From: Planctomycetota bacterium
GTDB taxonomy: Bacteria > Planctomycetota > GCA-002687715 > DRQF01
Length of the DNA: 18,747 nt
NCBI GenBank assembly: GCA_036479435.1
Contig: JAZGFI010000046.1
Location: forward strand, 1-18,747
Reading direction: 5' to 3'
Positions 16,458 to 18,747 of this stretch are shown here, in pieces. Positions within the stretch are counted from its first letter, which is position 1. Every line of letters begins with the position of its first letter. A model generated the notes under the pieces. The model saw only the letters and a program-made list of their open reading frames with translations. It made no database searches and was not told where the DNA came from. The position numbers and the translations under genes are program-made.

Positions 16458-18478
16458 AGATTGACTTGGCATTGACCCACTGGGAAGGCAAGGAACTGGA
16501 ATCCGTCATGGAGTTCTGGTTGGAGAACCGCCACGAGTGGCCTTTGGGGGACGGCGCGCGCCGCGAAGCCCTCATTGTGCGCATGCAAGATCAGAAGGTC
16601 GTCGAGGATAAACTCGAGGAGCTCCCGGCTCGGCTTCGCGATCTTCTACGGTTCTCCATCGACGTCTTCGACTGGAGAAAGCCCTTCGACCTGGACACAG
16701 TGGACCCCACTGAGATGCCGATCGAGGCCTTCGAAATCGCTCCGGTTACCCAGGCTCTCATTGATCGCGGATACTTTTTGCCGCGGCGCTTGCGAGGCGC
16801 GCGCAAGCCCACCGCTTTCTCCATTCCCAGCGAACTCGCTGAGGCTTTGTGCGCGGTATTTGAGCTCGGTCGTCGCCCGGCCGAGGCCTCGCTTTCGCTC
16901 ACTCTTTACTTGCGAAGCCTCGACCGTCAGACCGTTCAAACTCGACTCTCCGCCTTAGGCCTCGAAAGCTATCGAGGCCGCCCCCGCGCCGAGTTGCGCG
17001 AGGAACTGCTGAAACCGGTCTCGATCCGTGCGCGCTTGGATGGGCTAGCAGACCAAGAGTTCGCCGAGCTCATCGCCGCCGTCGACGATCACGGCGGGGT
17101 CTTGGACAGTTCAACGCGCAAGCGACTGGGCCACGATTTTTCTGCCGATGAGTGTCGAGCTTTCGGAGTCATGCTCGAAGAAGCTTTGCTCGGTTCTTTT
17201 GAAGCGAGTCAACTCGCCAATCAAGGCGTCCAAGTCGGTGACGGTTGGCTTTTGCTCTTTCGAGAGGTCGCCGACGAACTGCTTGAGGAGCTCAGCGTCG
17301 ACGAGGGGCTCGCCGAAGAGGGGATGCGTACCGGCGCCGATGGTTTCGCGGATTTGCGCGGCATTGCTCGCTCCTTAGAAGAGACCCCCTTCAAGATCAA
17401 AAAGAACGGCGACTACTACAAAAACGCGGTCAAGCGCGTGGCCAAAGAGGCCCTATCTCCCGCCGCGCGTCCGCACGGCGAAGAAGAAGACCTACTCTTT
17501 TATCTCAACCTGATGCAGCGGCTCGAGTTCGTGAAGGTGACCCCCGCGGCACAACTTGAACTCACCGCGAACTGGCGCAGTTGGCAAAAACAAACCGCCG
17601 TTGAGCGTGGCGAAGACTTGCTTTCTTTTTGTCGGCGGCGCGGCAAAGAACCCATTTCGTCCCTGCACATCAGCATCTTGCGGCGCAATTTCTTCAACTA
17701 TCTAAAGCGCAGCGGCTTCGAGACTTGGCTCCCCATCGAGCGGGTGACTTTCATCGCGCGCAACGAGTACCTGCGAGAATGCGTGCGACCCGAGCACGTC
17801 CTGAAGTACCAAGACCGCCACAAGCGCCTGCCGTTTCCGCCGCTCGCATCGCCCGATGACATGCGCCGCGCCATCGAGCCCTGGATTGTCGCAACCCCCG
17901 CTCGCTTAGGCATCGTCGAACTCGCCTACCGCGACGGCGAAAAGCGCCCCTTCGCGGTGCGCCTCAGCCGCTTCGGCGCGAAACTGTTGGGATTGAAAGT
18001 CAAAGACCGCCCCGCGGGCGGGGCAGGTCTGGTGCTGAACTCAGACTACGAGATCATCCTTTTTCCCGAGAACGCGGGCTTCGAAGTGATCCAAGAAGTC
18101 GGCCGCTTCGCCGAACGCGTGAAGGCGGACTACGCCATTCACTTTGTGCTCACCCGCGAATCCGTCCAGGCCGCCGCCGCCGCCGGATTTGGCGAAGACG
18201 AAATCCTCAAACTCCTCGAAAGCCACGCCTCGCACGGCGTGCCAAAGAACGTCGTCTACTCGATCAAAGAATGGTGCCGCAAAACCGTGCGCCTCAAGAC
18301 CACCCGCGTCTACTTGTTGGAAGCCCCCGACGCCGCCACCGCCACGCGCCTCGCAGCGACCCCCGAACTAAAGAAACTCGTCTCAAGACGCCTCGGCGAA
18401 ACCGTCTTAGAACTCAACGAAGACCCCGCCGCCTCCGGCCTCGCCTCCGTCCTCCGCGAACGCGGCTTTTATCTCTGA
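16454..18478 (+). CDS. XPB-associated protein with a C-terminal helicase-associated (Helicase_C_3/XPB N-terminal-like) domain
   Basis: 674 aa; GTG start overlaps the XPB stop (GTGA), AGGAG RBS. The C-terminal LVLNSDYEIILFP...RFAE...FVLTRESVQAA...ILKLLESHASHGVPKNVVYSIKEW resembles the XPB N-terminal domain (LIVQGDKTVLL...SFAE...YRISSLSLWNAA...VLDILENYARNPI). No Walker motifs seen. Confidence 0.8.
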   Translation: MKIDLALTHWEGKELESVMEFWLENRHEWPLGDGARREALIVRMQDQKVVEDKLEELPARLRDLLRFSIDVFDWRKPFDLDTVDPTEMPIEAFEIAPVTQALIDRGYFLPRRLRGARKPTAFSIPSELAEALCAVFELGRRPAEASLSLTLYLRSLDRQTVQTRLSALGLESYRGRPRAELREELLKPVSIRARLDGLADQEFAELIAAVDDHGGVLDSSTRKRLGHDFSADECRAFGVMLEEALLGSFEASQLANQGVQVGDGWLLLFREVADELLEELSVDEGLAEEGMRTGADGFADLRGIARSLEETPFKIKKNGDYYKNAVKRVAKEALSPAARPHGEEEDLLFYLNLMQRLEFVKVTPAAQLELTANWRSWQKQTAVERGEDLLSFCRRRGKEPISSLHISILRRNFFNYLKRSGFETWLPIERVTFIARNEYLRECVRPEHVLKYQDRHKRLPFPPLASPDDMRRAIEPWIVATPARLGIVELAYRDGEKRPFAVRLSRFGAKLLGLKVKDRPAGGAGLVLNSDYEIILFPENAGFEVIQEVGRFAERVKADYAIHFVLTRESVQAAAAAGFGEDEILKLLESHASHGVPKNVVYSIKEWCRKTVRLKTTRVYLLEAPDAATATRLAATPELKKLVSRRLGETVLELNEDPAASGLASVLRERGFYL

Positions 18479-18480
18479 GA

Positions 18481-18507
18481 AAGAGGCCGAAGCCGGTTTC
18501 GGGTCTT
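18481..18507 (+). terminator. Possible terminator-like hairpin after the repair genes
   Basis: CCGAAG-[CCGG]-TTTCGG with outer AAGA/TCTT pairing, 3 nt after the stop codon. No strong U-tract. Confidence 0.35.
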
Positions 18508-18671
18508 ATCGGCGGGCTGCGGCCTTGACGACGTCGCCGACCCAATGCCATGTCTCACCGTCGTGGCGATTTTCATTGCAACTTAAGATTTCGGCGGAAT
18601 CCCACGCTCTCAGTGACCGGCCCCCCGGTGTCAGAATAGTTGTCCCTGATCTAAGGTCGGTGGGCCCCGGT

Positions 18672-18735
18672 GAAGAGCGAAGCTCTTTGCAGGGCTCTTC
18701 CTTCGCCGCCGTAGGCGGCTTCCCCCATGGGGGAA
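18672..18735. repeat. Cluster of short palindromes (REP-like or structured RNA)
   Basis: AAGAGC-GAA-GCTCTT, GCCGCC-GTA-GGCGGC (18705-18719) and the perfect 16-bp palindrome TTCCCCCATGGGGGAA (18720-18735). Confidence 0.5.
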
Positions 18736-18747
18736 CGATGCTTGATC

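Noticed and set aside
8686..18528. Many short overlapping ORFs within uvrA, xpb and the partner gene
   Set aside because: Typical GC-rich shadow and alternate-frame ORFs overlapping well-supported genes.
1..18747. Genome-wide UGA reassignment (genetic code 4 or 25)
   Set aside because: TGA ends the kinase, uvrA, xpb and its partner at sensible positions, and the long conserved genes have no internal TGA.
18480..18747. tRNA-Sec, SRP RNA or CRISPR array at the right end
   Set aside because: No cloverleaf with a UCA anticodon, no SRP core motif and no regularly spaced direct repeats seen.

Overview
Bacterial DNA, probably Planctomycetota (inferred from an ECF sigma/Ser-Thr kinase pair, a double-length UvrA and the style of the secreted proteins). 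Left to right: (1) a two-gene IS element (small DUF6788-like ORF plus a DDE transposase running off the left edge) that appears to have inserted into (2) a gene missing from the ORF track, a secreted thioredoxin-fold protein with two in-frame UGA codons (FR-U-IP-U-KP-C) followed by SECIS-like hairpins; (3) two secreted proteins sharing a C-terminal domain, the larger with an IPT/TIG domain and an apparent frameshift near its 3' end; (4) a divergent ECF sigma factor and a membrane Ser/Thr kinase with TPR-like repeats; (5) a second predicted selenoprotein, split into two ORFs by the track: a lipoprotein with a HEAT repeat and a CU motif resembling eukaryotic selenoprotein N, with a clear SECIS-like hairpin after the UGA; (6) an overlapping gene run encoding tandem-duplicated UvrA, a bacterial XPB helicase and an XPB-associated protein; (7) hairpin-rich non-coding DNA at the right edge. 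The main result is two UGA-recoded, exported thioredoxin-fold proteins flanking the ECF/kinase module. Family names come from motif recognition and memory; no searches were run.
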